Source: a virus. From it: a stretch of DNA of 64,000 bases. Position numbers and translations under genes: made by a program. Under the pieces are notes generated by a model, which was not told the origin of the DNA, made no database searches, and saw only the letters and a program-made list of their open reading frames with translations. Positions 53,513 through 63,355 of this stretch are shown piece by piece. The first letter of the stretch is position 1, and the number at the start of each line of letters is the position of its first letter. Location: the IMG/VR virus record IMGVR_UViG_3300048919_000048, positions 1 through 64,000 of that record. One strand, given 5' to 3'.

Positions 53513-56149
53513 ATGAAAGGGCTGTTTTTAGGAGATGCGGAAGCCAACGGTCTGCTTGATGAAGTGGACCAGCTTCACGTAATCTTGTTCAAGGAGTATA
53601 AGGTCGATAACTGGAATATCTTCCTTGACCCCAACCGGGAAGGGTACGATCAGGCATTGAAGTTCATTAATTCGAAGGGGTACAATTTCAAAATCCGTAC
53701 CTTTGACGAGTTGAACGACTGGTTTAAGACTGAGCCTCGCTCAATTGCGATCCACAACCTGTTCGGCTACGACCTGCGTCTGTTCAAAAAGATGCTGGGC
53801 ACTCAGTATGATATGTTCGGCGACCCCAAGTGCATGGGCACCCTGAACGGAAAACAGGTGAACCTGTTCGACACTCTGTCAATGTCTCGAACTCTTTACC
53901 CTGACCGCCCGCTGCCACGTGGGTGTCCAGAGATGGTGAAGAACCCGGTGACCGGGAAGATGAAACCTGTCGGCCCTCACGGCCTGGAAGCGTGGGGTAT
54001 GCGTGTTGCCAACCAAAAAGTGGCAATCGAAGACTGGCGTGGCCTGCCACTGTGGAAGTATTGCGATCGTATCATCGAAGACGTCATCATCAACGAAATG
54101 GTGTGGACGGCCCTCATGGAAGAGATCGCTTGTGACGGTAAGTTGGTCGATGATAAGCGCTTCATGTACAAGGATGAAGAGAAGGATAAGGATGCCAAGA
54201 AGTACAAGCTGATCAACTGGAAGAACGCCCTACGTCGTGGTATGCTCACTGACTACCTGATGATCGAGCAGGAGATCCAAGGCGTAACCTTTGATGAAGA
54301 GGCCGCTCTTAAACTCCGTGACCGCATTGATACGATGATGCGTGACATCGAGGGCGACGTTGAACCACACCTCCCGAAGAAGGAGATGGCTAAGTCGGCG
54401 CAGCCTACGTTCCCATCCAAACCTTTCAAGGGTGACGGGTCTCTGTCCGGGACCGGGTGGAAGTGGCTGGAGAAACTCGGCTACAATATCAACTGGGAGG
54501 CCCTCGACTTCAAGGGTCCCCCGGCGAAGGCGTTTAAGGCCGACGGTAGCCTGACCGCAGCAGCGATCAAATACTGTAACGAACACGGCATTGAAGATGA
54601 GTCAGTTATGGCCCAGTTCATCCGTGATCAGAACGATAAGCAAACAACCTTGATCCCACTGTCCCCAGAGGACATGGCCCGTGCAATGCTGGACCTGAAG
54701 AACCAGACAATGCCGGACATCATGATCCCGATGCGTATCGGTAACCAGGATGACGTTAAGAAATTCCTGATCCGTGATGCGGGGTGGAAGCCAACGCTCT
54801 GGCGTAGCAAGGATGTGACCAAGGATCAGTTCAAGAAGCAGCGCCCGGATAACGAAGTCGATGGCCTCGTCCGTGAGTACATCGAGCAGTTGGACCAGGT
54901 TGAGTACCGTGATCTTATTCTGGACTACCTCGGGATCACCCTGAAGGCATGGCAGGACAAGGAGAAGATGTACAAGCTCTTGCGTCGTAAGGCGCGTGGT
55001 TTGCCTACATCACCGCAGTTGAAAGATATGAGCGGCCTTTGCCCTAACCTGGAGAAGGTTGACGGTCACATGGCGAAGCAGATTGTGAAATGGCTGTCTC
55101 TGCGAAACCGACGTTCTGTACTTGATCCGCTCAAGGAAGATAAGGTTGACACTGGTTGGCTGAACCATCCACGACTGCGTATTGACGGGAAACTTCCGGC
55201 ACGGTATTCTGGTATCACCAACACCGGGCGTCGTAAGCACACGATTGTGGCTAACGTGCCAAAACCAGACGAGAAGGTTCTGCTGGGCAAGGAAATGCGA
55301 GCGCTGTTTAAGGCGTCTGAAGGGAAGTATCAGGTCGGTATTGACGGATCTAACCTTGAGGGCATGATTGCAGCCTGGGGCGCTTATGAGTTCGACGGTG
55401 GTGCGTATCTCCGGATCATGGAGATGGAGGATGCCCACAAACGAAACGCAGAGGCATACACCAAAGCGGCAGGTAAACCAGTTTCTCGTGGTGAAGGTAA
55501 GGGCGTTACATACGGCATCATGTACGGTGCCCAAGCGGCGAAGATCGCCTCTATGCTCGGCATCTCATTGGAGAAGGCCCAAGCGGTAATCGACGCATTC
55601 TGGGATAGCAACATCGGCTTGAAAGGCCGTAAAGAAGCTCTGGAGAAGTTCTGGGAACTGACGGGCAAGCGCTTTATCTATGGCTTAGATGGTCGCAAGA
55701 TCTATACCCGTTCCAAACACTCCTTGCTGAACGCATACCAGCAGAACGGCGGTGCCGCACTGTTCGACTTGGTTGGTATTCTGTTGCACTGGCAGTTGGT
55801 TAAACGTGGCTGGTATGATGAGGGTGTTCGCCGAATCATCTATTACCACGATGAATACCAGCTTGAGGTGCCGCACAAGTTCAAGAAGGTTTGGAGGTTC
55901 ACCGATGAAGCCAAGGCCAAAGCCTTTGTTGAACAATGCCTTGCAAAAGGTCTTGTTCTTGACGGTCACTGCGTGAAGGAAGGGAAGTTTAAATGTGATC
56001 CTGATGAGGACGGCGTGTACAACATCATCCACTGCCCAGTGGGCCAGATGGTGGTCAAGTGCGTAGAACAAGCCGCCAAGATGATGAAGTCTCCAGTCCA
56101 CATCACAGGTGAGTATTTGACTGGTACGAGTTGGGGTGACTGTCACTAA
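53513..56149 (+). CDS. DNA polymerase family A with 3'-5' exonuclease
   Basis: ExoI DAEANG, ExoII HNLFGYD, TNTGR, motif A DGSNLE, motif B KGVTYGIMYG, motif C YHDE; AGGAG RBS at 53513. Confidence 0.95.
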   Translation: MKGLFLGDAEANGLLDEVDQLHVILFKEYKVDNWNIFLDPNREGYDQALKFINSKGYNFKIRTFDELNDWFKTEPRSIAIHNLFGYDLRLFKKMLGTQYDMFGDPKCMGTLNGKQVNLFDTLSMSRTLYPDRPLPRGCPEMVKNPVTGKMKPVGPHGLEAWGMRVANQKVAIEDWRGLPLWKYCDRIIEDVIINEMVWTALMEEIACDGKLVDDKRFMYKDEEKDKDAKKYKLINWKNALRRGMLTDYLMIEQEIQGVTFDEEAALKLRDRIDTMMRDIEGDVEPHLPKKEMAKSAQPTFPSKPFKGDGSLSGTGWKWLEKLGYNINWEALDFKGPPAKAFKADGSLTAAAIKYCNEHGIEDESVMAQFIRDQNDKQTTLIPLSPEDMARAMLDLKNQTMPDIMIPMRIGNQDDVKKFLIRDAGWKPTLWRSKDVTKDQFKKQRPDNEVDGLVREYIEQLDQVEYRDLILDYLGITLKAWQDKEKMYKLLRRKARGLPTSPQLKDMSGLCPNLEKVDGHMAKQIVKWLSLRNRRSVLDPLKEDKVDTGWLNHPRLRIDGKLPARYSGITNTGRRKHTIVANVPKPDEKVLLGKEMRALFKASEGKYQVGIDGSNLEGMIAAWGAYEFDGGAYLRIMEMEDAHKRNAEAYTKAAGKPVSRGEGKGVTYGIMYGAQAAKIASMLGISLEKAQAVIDAFWDSNIGLKGRKEALEKFWELTGKRFIYGLDGRKIYTRSKHSLLNAYQQNGGAALFDLVGILLHWQLVKRGWYDEGVRRIIYYHDEYQLEVPHKFKKVWRFTDEAKAKAFVEQCLAKGLVLDGHCVKEGKFKCDPDEDGVYNIIHCPVGQMVVKCVEQAAKMMKSPVHITGEYLTGTSWGDCH

Positions 56150-56189
56150 TAGCTATTTAAGGCTATTCGTGATAAAATTCTTACATTCC

Positions 56190-56210
56190 GGGGACTTCGG
56201 TCCCCATTTT
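56190..56210 (+). terminator. Rho-independent terminator
   Basis: GGGGAC-TTCG-GTCCCC-ATTTT. Confidence 0.7.
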
Positions 56211-56226
56211 ACTATTTGGGTGACTT

Positions 56227-56940
56227 ATGCTTGAAGATATGTTGATGATCTATAAATCGACAACGCCCCCTGTCGATGCCACAGTGAATCCCGGACCTCA
56301 TGCCGGGACACTTCTTTCCAGTTATGACTTTCAAACACTAACCACCCTCCCGACTTTCAGGACCTCTCAATCTGTTGTTGGTGTTGGGGCGGGTAACTCA
56401 TACACTACTCCAACGTCCGGTCTCTTGGCTGACAAATTGGAGAGGGGAGGTCTGACATTTGTCCGTCAAGATGCTTCCAGTACCGGGGCGGCGGGAGGGG
56501 TGTTTTATTTCCCGGGGGAGATCCCTAACCAGTGTGTTGTCACTCTCGCGGTGGCTCTTAATATTGACGGAGCGCCGGAGTCGGCTGTTGCAAACAACAA
56601 CGCACACTTGGGTATCCATTTCGGGTCAGCAACTCAGACGAACAGGATCGGCGGGCGTTGGATTGTCTCCAAGCGCCAGATCGCCCAGACTGTCCAGACC
56701 TTGGCTACCGATGGGACCAACACTTTCACCCCGGTAACTTCTTCAGGGATCATCAAGATTCGTATAGAGAAGACCAGTTCCAACGTGAAGGTGTATGTTA
56801 ACGATACTCTTATCGTCACCGGGCCAAGTGTGAACAGCATTTACACGGCCTTCGGCTTGTGGTTCGGTCAAAACTCAGAGACGGGCCTTGTGGTACAGAA
56901 AGGTCTTGTGTACAACACAAATGTTTACTCCTACGTATAA
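56227..56940 (+). CDS. beta-rich protein, possibly lectin-like or virion-associated
   Basis: 237 aa, T/S/G/V/N-rich; isolated between two terminators. Confidence 0.7.
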   Translation: MLEDMLMIYKSTTPPVDATVNPGPHAGTLLSSYDFQTLTTLPTFRTSQSVVGVGAGNSYTTPTSGLLADKLERGGLTFVRQDASSTGAAGGVFYFPGEIPNQCVVTLAVALNIDGAPESAVANNNAHLGIHFGSATQTNRIGGRWIVSKRQIAQTVQTLATDGTNTFTPVTSSGIIKIRIEKTSSNVKVYVNDTLIVTGPSVNSIYTAFGLWFGQNSETGLVVQKGLVYNTNVYSYV

Positions 56941-56961
56941 ACCGCCTTCGGGCGGTTTTTT
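56939..56961 (+). terminator. Rho-independent terminator
   Basis: AACCGCC-TTCG-GGCGGTT-TTTT. Confidence 0.8.
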
Positions 56962-57034
56962 ATTATCTGAAGAAAAGTGTTGACGTGCAGAATCAATCTG
57001 GTAGTATTCCTCCATCGAAACAAAGGAGGTCATC

Positions 57035-57229
57035 ATGACCGAGAAGAAGATTGTGAAGTTCACGGTTGAGATTGAGTGCTACGAGGAGACTATCAAATCT
57101 GCCGTGACTCAGTATCAACTGAGGCAGATGATGGGGGAAGGTTTCAACGAAGCCACCCCACAGGAGAGGCTGGGACTCCAAGTTGCCAGGTGCTACATGG
57201 CGGGGTTAACCACCCCGGCGGAGGGCTGA
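57035..57229 (+). CDS. hypothetical protein
   Basis: promoter-like TTGACG-N16-TAGTAT at 56980; AGGAGG RBS. Confidence 0.7.
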   Translation: MTEKKIVKFTVEIECYEETIKSAVTQYQLRQMMGEGFNEATPQERLGLQVARCYMAGLTTPAEG

Positions 57230-57432
57230 TGATAAAGTTCAAAGATCTTCCTGAGGGGGCTGTGTTTCGACTTCATGAAGAGTTCAGCAAAGGAATAAAC
57301 CGACAATACTACAAGTATTATTTCAACAAAGACTTTAATGCAGAAGTCTTCGGAATACACACCCGTGTTAAGATTGACCGTGAAGCATTGATATCTGATG
57401 ACGGATTTGCAGGAAGGAGAACGAGGTCATGA
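57229..57432 (+). CDS. hypothetical protein
   Basis: TGATG coupling. Confidence 0.6.
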   Translation: MIKFKDLPEGAVFRLHEEFSKGINRQYYKYYFNKDFNAEVFGIHTRVKIDREALISDDGFAGRRTRS

Positions 57433-57585
57433 AAACCCGTGACAACAAATCATTTGACACACTGGAAGAAATAATGCAATATCTTGGTGACCCGGAACGA
57501 GTCGGAAAAGACAACACTTGGGTAGCAAAGAACTATTCGCTGGCACAACTTATCAAAGACCTTCAGAAGGTAAAGGAGAAAGATA

Positions 57586-57870
57586 ATGAATCCTGATGCA
57601 CTTAACCCAACGGTCGCGGCTATTGTTGGCTACGATATTTTCCCGTATTATGCCGTAACAAAAGGGGAGTTGACCAATACGGGAGGAATCCGGGCTGTTG
57701 GTGTCGGTATTTACTCTGCTGATTCGGTCATCCGTATTTTCCCGGAGGGGGAGTATGAGAGTCTTGAAAACCAGCGAGCAGCCATTAAAAATATTTACCG
57801 TGAAAAAGAACGTCAATTACGTATTGACATCCTTGAGCAAGTTGGTGTAGACTTCGTAACAGTTAAGTAA
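57586..57870 (+). CDS. hypothetical protein
   Basis: AGGAG RBS. Confidence 0.7.
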   Translation: MNPDALNPTVAAIVGYDIFPYYAVTKGELTNTGGIRAVGVGIYSADSVIRIFPEGEYESLENQRAAIKNIYREKERQLRIDILEQVGVDFVTVK

Positions 57871-57901
57871 GCAACCCATTTCATTCACTGAGGAGATTCA
57901 A

Positions 57902-59914
57902 ATGAGCAATAACTATCATGATTTCGTAGTGGCACTTCAGAAGCAACTGACCAAAATGGCTAAAACTGGCCTGTTCGAAGTCACCCTGGATAAAGACCAA
58001 GTTTGGAACCACTATCTGGATTCCTTCCCTGCGGGCACCAACAACCTGTTCCGTGAGCGTCGTGAGTACGACTGTAACTGCTGCAAACAGTTCATCCGTG
58101 ATGTAGGTCGTGTCGTGACCTTCGTCAACGGCAAGCGTGTGACCATCTGGGACATCAAGGTGCCGGGTTATTACCAGACCGTTGTTGACGCGCTGGCGGC
58201 GCTGATCAATACGGCCCCGGTTGGAGACCAGTTCCTGCACTTCCAAGCGAAGGTTGGCACTGCCCAAAGCAACGTGCTGGAAGACGGGAAAGTTGTGACC
58301 TATAACCACTTCCACGCCGTTCTGCCGCAGGAAGTTGTGAAGCCAAACGCTACCATCGCCTCCACCTTGAGCGAGAGCCGCAGCAACGTGCAGGTGTTTG
58401 AACGCAGCCTGAAAGAACTGTCTCTGGATGCAGCGGAGACCATTCTTGAACTGAACGCACAGGGTTCCCTGTACCGTGGCAACGAGCAGATCGGCTCTGT
58501 TACTCTCTTCATTGAAATGAAGAACAAGTACGACGCGATGCCGGATGACCAGAAAGAAGGCTTCGTGTGGACTCAAGGTCTGAAGCTGGGCCATCGTGGC
58601 AAGTTCCGTAACTCTGCGATCGGTACTCTGCTGGAAGACCTGTCCGGCGGTATGGACATCGAATCTGCGGTTAAGCGCTGGGAAAAAGTTATGGCTCCGG
58701 CAAACTACAAGCGCCCAACCGCGCTGGTTACCGAAGCGATGATCAAAAAGGCACAGGAAACCGTGCAGGAAATGGGCCTGATGGACTCCCTCCCGCGCCG
58801 CTATGCTGTGCTGGAAGATCTGACAGTGAACAACGTGCTGTTTGCTGACCGTAATACCAAAAAGGCCGCTGATGTGTTTGGTGACCTACTGAGGGGTGCG
58901 AAGAAGCCAGTGAAAGGCCCGGAGAAGGTCGAAGAGATCTCCATCGCCAAGTTCATCAAAGATGTTCTGCCGACGGCAACAAGCATCGAGGCGTTGGTAG
59001 AAAACCGCCACACTGGCAACCTGGTATCTCTGGTGGCCCCGGTATATCCTGACGCACCAAACATGCTGAAGTGGGACAACAACTTCTCTTGGTCTTACAA
59101 CGGGGAAGTGACCGACTCGATCAAAGAGCGTGTGAAAGCGGCGGGCGGTGCGGTTGAGGGCGCTCTGCGTGTATCTCTGGCATGGCATAACCCAGACGAC
59201 TTGGACCTGCACATGCGTACCCCAAGCGGTGCTCATATCCACTACGCTCGCTATGCCCGTCGTGCATCAGGTGGTGAGTTGGATCTGGACATGAACGGCA
59301 TGGATCGCTCAGATGAGCACAACCCGGTCGAAAACATCATCTTCCGAAATGAGCGTCAGATCGAAGAGGGCATCTATAAGGTGTGGGTAAACCAGTTCAA
59401 CCAGCGTTCTCATGACCGTGTGGGGTTCACTGTCCAACTGGACTACAAAGGCGAGCAGTACGACTTCAACCACCCTCGTGAGCTTCGTACCGACGCAGAT
59501 GTGGACGTGGTGACTTTCCGCTACACCCGTAAGGATGGCGTACAGATCATCGACTCCATGCCTCACACCAAGCAGTCTAAAGAGGTTTGGGGTATTGCCA
59601 CCGAGCAGTTCCAGAAGGTGTCTGTGGTGATGAACTCACCTAACCACTGGGACGGTCAGGAAAATGGCAATAAGCACTACTTCTTCATGCTGGAAGGTGC
59701 TAAACAGCCGGGCACTACTCGCGGTTTCTACAACGAGTATCTGCGTAACGAACTGAACGAGCACCGTAAAGTGTTCGAGCATCTGGCAGGTAAGATGAAG
59801 GTTCCAGCCTCTGACGACCAACTGTCAGGTCTGGGCTTCTCCGACACCCAGCGTAACGAACTGACGGTGAAAGTGACTGGTGCGTTCACCCGCACACTGA
59901 AAGTGATTTTCTGA
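57902..59914 (+). CDS. large conserved phage protein with CxCC motif and YfaP/DUF2135-like domain
   Basis: 670 aa; YDCNCCKQF; SLAWHNPDDLDLH...GELDLD...PVENI. Confidence 0.8.
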   Translation: MSNNYHDFVVALQKQLTKMAKTGLFEVTLDKDQVWNHYLDSFPAGTNNLFRERREYDCNCCKQFIRDVGRVVTFVNGKRVTIWDIKVPGYYQTVVDALAALINTAPVGDQFLHFQAKVGTAQSNVLEDGKVVTYNHFHAVLPQEVVKPNATIASTLSESRSNVQVFERSLKELSLDAAETILELNAQGSLYRGNEQIGSVTLFIEMKNKYDAMPDDQKEGFVWTQGLKLGHRGKFRNSAIGTLLEDLSGGMDIESAVKRWEKVMAPANYKRPTALVTEAMIKKAQETVQEMGLMDSLPRRYAVLEDLTVNNVLFADRNTKKAADVFGDLLRGAKKPVKGPEKVEEISIAKFIKDVLPTATSIEALVENRHTGNLVSLVAPVYPDAPNMLKWDNNFSWSYNGEVTDSIKERVKAAGGAVEGALRVSLAWHNPDDLDLHMRTPSGAHIHYARYARRASGGELDLDMNGMDRSDEHNPVENIIFRNERQIEEGIYKVWVNQFNQRSHDRVGFTVQLDYKGEQYDFNHPRELRTDADVDVVTFRYTRKDGVQIIDSMPHTKQSKEVWGIATEQFQKVSVVMNSPNHWDGQENGNKHYFFMLEGAKQPGTTRGFYNEYLRNELNEHRKVFEHLAGKMKVPASDDQLSGLGFSDTQRNELTVKVTGAFTRTLKVIF

Positions 59915-59944
59915 TTGACAACCGGGGCCGAAAGGCCCCATAAT
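59915..59944 (+). promoter_or_regulatory. hairpin-spacer promoter of the island type
   Basis: TTGACA-N18-CATAAT with GGGGCC-GAAA-GGCCCC, as at 8284-8312. Confidence 0.75.
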
Positions 59945-59976
59945 GAACCCGAACTTAATTACTGAGGAGAAATACA

Positions 59977-60375
59977 ATGTCTACCAACATCTTTGAAATC
60001 GCAGCACGTTCAAAAATCCGTTTCGCTTCTCCACGCTTCGCATCACTGGCTACTGAAGACCTGTTCGATCTGTCTCTGACCCAACTGGACGAAGTGGCGA
60101 AAGGCATCAACCGCCAGATCAATGCGGAGAAGGAAGAGTCCTTCCTGTCTCAGAACAAAAACGCTGTGCGTAAAGATCTGGAACTGAAGCTGGACATCGT
60201 TAAGCACGTGATCGGCGTGAAAGAAACCGAAGCGGCAGAGCGCGTGGCGGCACAAACCAAAGCGGCACAGCGCCAGAAACTCATCAACGCCCTGGCGGAA
60301 GCCGAGCAGCGTGAGGTTCAGTCTAAGACCCCGGAAGAGCTTCGCGCTGAACTGGCGGCACTGGACGCTGAATAA
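59977..60375 (+). CDS. conserved helical protein, partner of upstream gene
   Basis: GAGGAG RBS; EDLFDLSL, EESF, coiled coil. Confidence 0.8.
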   Translation: MSTNIFEIAARSKIRFASPRFASLATEDLFDLSLTQLDEVAKGINRQINAEKEESFLSQNKNAVRKDLELKLDIVKHVIGVKETEAAERVAAQTKAAQRQKLINALAEAEQREVQSKTPEELRAELAALDAE

Positions 60376-60510
60376 TGAGCAGGGAAGAACTGGCGGAACA
60401 TCTCCAGTCTTTCATGTCCAAAGCAGAACTTGCGGAACTCTTGGCTTGGATTGCCACCCGGCAACACCTGACCTACGAGGATTTGCAGGAGTATCTGAAA
60501 CTAATTTGAT

Positions 60511-60540
60511 AAAGGCCACCTTCGGGTGGCCTTTTTATTT
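60511..60540 (+). terminator. Rho-independent terminator
   Basis: AAAGGCCACC-TTCG-GGTGGCCTTTTT. Confidence 0.8.
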
Positions 60541-60609
60541 AAACAAAAGTGTTGACTTCCTTTCCGACTTCCCTCATAATCCTCTCATCGACAACAAAGA
60601 GGAAAAGAC

Positions 60610-60978
60610 ATGAACAACACGAAAATAACGCAGGTAAGTTCTGCAATCATCCACGAAAGTGATTTCATGAACAAGTCTTCACATCGTCGCTTCATGAAAG
60701 GTTTTGACCGGGCCTTCGAGATCCAGCAATTGAAGGACGAAGGATACATGATCCTCATCGACGGAGAGCCGATGAGCAAGGATGAAAACTTTATCTTCGG
60801 CGACCTGCGAGATAAACCCTGCTTCGGCATCGGCGATGGGCGCTGTATGTACGTCTGGCTGGGCAGCACGTTCTGTGCAGAAACAGAAAATGTATGCGTC
60901 ACCACAGAAGAGATGAAGATCTTCAACAACATCTCCTATGTGTCTCCTAAAAACATCAAGAAAATGAGGAAGCTGTAA
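60610..60978 (+). CDS. hypothetical protein
   Basis: promoter TTGACT-N17-CATAAT at 60552-60580; GAGG RBS. Confidence 0.75.
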   Translation: MNNTKITQVSSAIIHESDFMNKSSHRRFMKGFDRAFEIQQLKDEGYMILIDGEPMSKDENFIFGDLRDKPCFGIGDGRCMYVWLGSTFCAETENVCVTTEEMKIFNNISYVSPKNIKKMRKL

Positions 60979-60979
60979 T

Positions 60980-61207
60980 ATGGGTTGGTTTTCAAGAGCG
61001 ATGTGTGTACACAATTGGCGAGTAACAGAGGCTCTGCAAGTTACCCGCTGTCATGATACCCCAGCATATGTGGTCCCCGAAAGTCACGAGACCCAAGTGT
61101 CACGGGTATGTAAATCTTGCCTGAGGCAGGAAACTCATACGGTTAACGGGCATATCTCGAAGGAAGAGGCAATAGATATTTACGGGGGATTTTATCTTGC
61201 GAAATAA
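60980..61207 (+). CDS. hypothetical protein
   Basis: CVHNW...CKSC motif. Confidence 0.6.
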   Translation: MGWFSRAMCVHNWRVTEALQVTRCHDTPAYVVPESHETQVSRVCKSCLRQETHTVNGHISKEEAIDIYGGFYLAK

Positions 61208-61442
61208 CGGAATCTGGTTCAAAATCTTCCTTACAGGCATCGTCATCTTCTGTATTATTGGTATTGTGAATTACGCGATGACTGAGTACCAAGACTTCAA
61301 GGACGGCTGTCAGCCGACCGGGGAGCAGCGAATGGTTAACTCGGTTATCAATGCACCAGACGGCGCGTTCAGCGGTCTGGTGGCAGAAGACAAGTTCGTC
61401 TGTAAAGACGGACGTATTACCTGGAAAGCCCAATACAAATGA
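61197..61442 (+). CDS. membrane-anchored protein
   Basis: N-terminal TM, two Cys. Confidence 0.65.
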   Translation: MRNNGIWFKIFLTGIVIFCIIGIVNYAMTEYQDFKDGCQPTGEQRMVNSVINAPDGAFSGLVAEDKFVCKDGRITWKAQYK

Positions 61443-61451
61443 GGTATCAAG

Positions 61452-62126
61452 ATGAAATTCAACCGTGGCGAAGTACAGTTCGGAAATAAGATCGAGAAGC
61501 CGTCTCAGGACGACATCAAGAACACACAGGGCCTGTGGAACGCATCGTTCGATGATGCTTTCCGCTTCGGCGGGGACGTAACCCGTGCGGCCCTCCAGGC
61601 GATGAACCTGCGTGGCGATAAAAAGCATATCGTGGTTGATGTGAAGACCCACATGCTGATGCCGGGTATGATCCCTGCGATTCCCGGTTGGCACACTGAC
61701 GGCGTTCCTCGTGGTGGGAAGTCTCTATCCCCGGCGTCAGGTGCCCCGCACATCCACATGCAGATCGGTTCGGACTCTCCGCGCTACCACCTGCTGGTTG
61801 TCGGCGGTGACTGCCCGACGAAGTTCATTGCCTCACGAAACATCAACCTCGTGACGGAGAACCTCCCGAACTTGTATGCCGGGATCTCCAGCCAGGTTTG
61901 TGCGATGGATGACAAGGGCCTCTTGGATACCTATGACTCCCCGGATGGTCAGGTGGTTGAATGGGACTGGTGGGAACTTCACACCGCACAGCAGGCCCGT
62001 GCTCCCGGTTGGCGATACCTTATTCGTGTGACCGAGACTGATTATCTTGAGCCACAAAAGGATCTGCGTTTAGTGCTGCGTAACCAGCAGCAGGTTTATC
62101 TTCCCACGGAGAAATTCGGATGGTAA
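61452..62126 (+). CDS. putative 2OG-Fe(II) dioxygenase-fold protein
   Basis: PGWHTDG (HxD), distal H in ELH, then R in WRYLIR. Confidence 0.65.
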   Translation: MKFNRGEVQFGNKIEKPSQDDIKNTQGLWNASFDDAFRFGGDVTRAALQAMNLRGDKKHIVVDVKTHMLMPGMIPAIPGWHTDGVPRGGKSLSPASGAPHIHMQIGSDSPRYHLLVVGGDCPTKFIASRNINLVTENLPNLYAGISSQVCAMDDKGLLDTYDSPDGQVVEWDWWELHTAQQARAPGWRYLIRVTETDYLEPQKDLRLVLRNQQQVYLPTEKFGW

Positions 62127-62398
62127 AGTACGATATTCAAATGTTTGACTGGGTGAAGGTTATTGATGTAGCTCCGGACGGCTACCTGCGGGATGTTTTG
62201 AAAACAGGCATCCCTTCAGACACCCCGCTTCAAGTGATCGAGATTTATCGTCATGAGCGTTGGGGTTGGCGGTACGTGGTGGCTGAAACTGAATACCCGT
62301 TCGGTGATTATGAGGTATCAGGTGACGATATCTACGAGGTGAATCATCCACCAGAAGTCTTCTATGAGCAAAGGAATCCTTATGGCGAAGAAGGTTGA
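62120..62398 (+). CDS. hypothetical protein
   Basis: packed ORF. Confidence 0.65.
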   Translation: MVKYDIQMFDWVKVIDVAPDGYLRDVLKTGIPSDTPLQVIEIYRHERWGWRYVVAETEYPFGDYEVSGDDIYEVNHPPEVFYEQRNPYGEEG

Positions 62399-62603
62399 CA
62401 AGAACCAGAAGGAAGAGTACCATTATGAGCGTCACCACTTCTACTTGGACAAACATGCCGGGAAACAAGTGTGTGCATGGTGCGGGCTGGTAGCCCTACG
62501 CAATAAGGCTTCAGAGTGGTGTGTTGAGAAAGGGTGTGACTACAGGCTGCACCCCTCTTATCATAGCACAATGAAAAAGTTGACTAAACAATTTGATTTC
62601 TAA
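62382..62603 (+). CDS. hypothetical Zn-finger-like protein
   Basis: CAWCGL...GC. Confidence 0.65.
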   Translation: MAKKVDKNQKEEYHYERHHFYLDKHAGKQVCAWCGLVALRNKASEWCVEKGCDYRLHPSYHSTMKKLTKQFDF

Positions 62604-62616
62604 GGAGAATTACATT

Positions 62617-62964
62617 ATGATGACTTTCTGGCAATACCTGTGCGACAATCCGGCAATCCTGATTTCTTGCGTTATCTTCGGGGCGGTTTTTGGGATCATC
62701 ACCTCTTTCTTCGAAGGTTATAATTTCAAAGAACGCATGGGACACATCGGGGTCTCGATCCTTATTTGGGTGGTCATCATGTTCCCAATGGTATCTTGGG
62801 CAGACTATCATGACTATAAGAAACATTACCAGACGTGTGAGAAACCTGTTGCTAAACGTGCCGGGTACATCTTCTCAGAGAACCGTTGCTGGAAACCTAC
62901 CAACACGTATGTGAAGGTAAATGAAACAACCAAAACCAAACAGGAGCTTCTGGATGTCAAATAA
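62617..62964 (+). CDS. membrane protein
   Basis: two TM segments; AGGAG RBS. Confidence 0.7.
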   Translation: MMTFWQYLCDNPAILISCVIFGAVFGIITSFFEGYNFKERMGHIGVSILIWVVIMFPMVSWADYHDYKKHYQTCEKPVAKRAGYIFSENRCWKPTNTYVKVNETTKTKQELLDVK

Positions 62965-63355
62965 GGCGGAACTCGTCGAGAAGAACCGGGAGGAGGTTAA
63001 CGTCTTCCTCTCCAATGTCTTCGGGTACAGCTTCCAGGCGGTTATTCGTAACCGCTTCCCGCTGGCGCAGTTGGACTTCAAACCTGTTGAAAAACTACCA
63101 TACGTCGGCGAAGGTAAAGCGTGGGTATGTGACTGTGGTTGTGGTGAACAAAACCCAATCCTGATCCCTTATGCCACAATGATGGTTGTCGGGGCTGACG
63201 GCCTGAAGGCGGCAGACATCGAAGGTATCTGGGTGTCACCATGCACCGTGAAAGGCTCAGAGCCAGAAGATGGTATGCGCCACTTCGGTATGGACCTCTG
63301 GGACTACGAAACTGACGACCTTGCAGATCCTAAGGTTCGTTTGGAGGGAAACTGA
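62954..63355 (+). CDS. hypothetical protein
   Basis: AGGAG RBS; CDCGC motif. Confidence 0.7.
   Translation: MSNKAELVEKNREEVNVFLSNVFGYSFQAVIRNRFPLAQLDFKPVEKLPYVGEGKAWVCDCGCGEQNPILIPYATMMVVGADGLKAADIEGIWVSPCTVKGSEPEDGMRHFGMDLWDYETDDLADPKVRLEGN

Noticed and set aside
53513-56149. Intein or intron in the DNA polymerase
   Set aside because: The ORF is continuous with no intein terminal motifs or LAGLIDADG blocks; the extra length is a thumb-region insertion.
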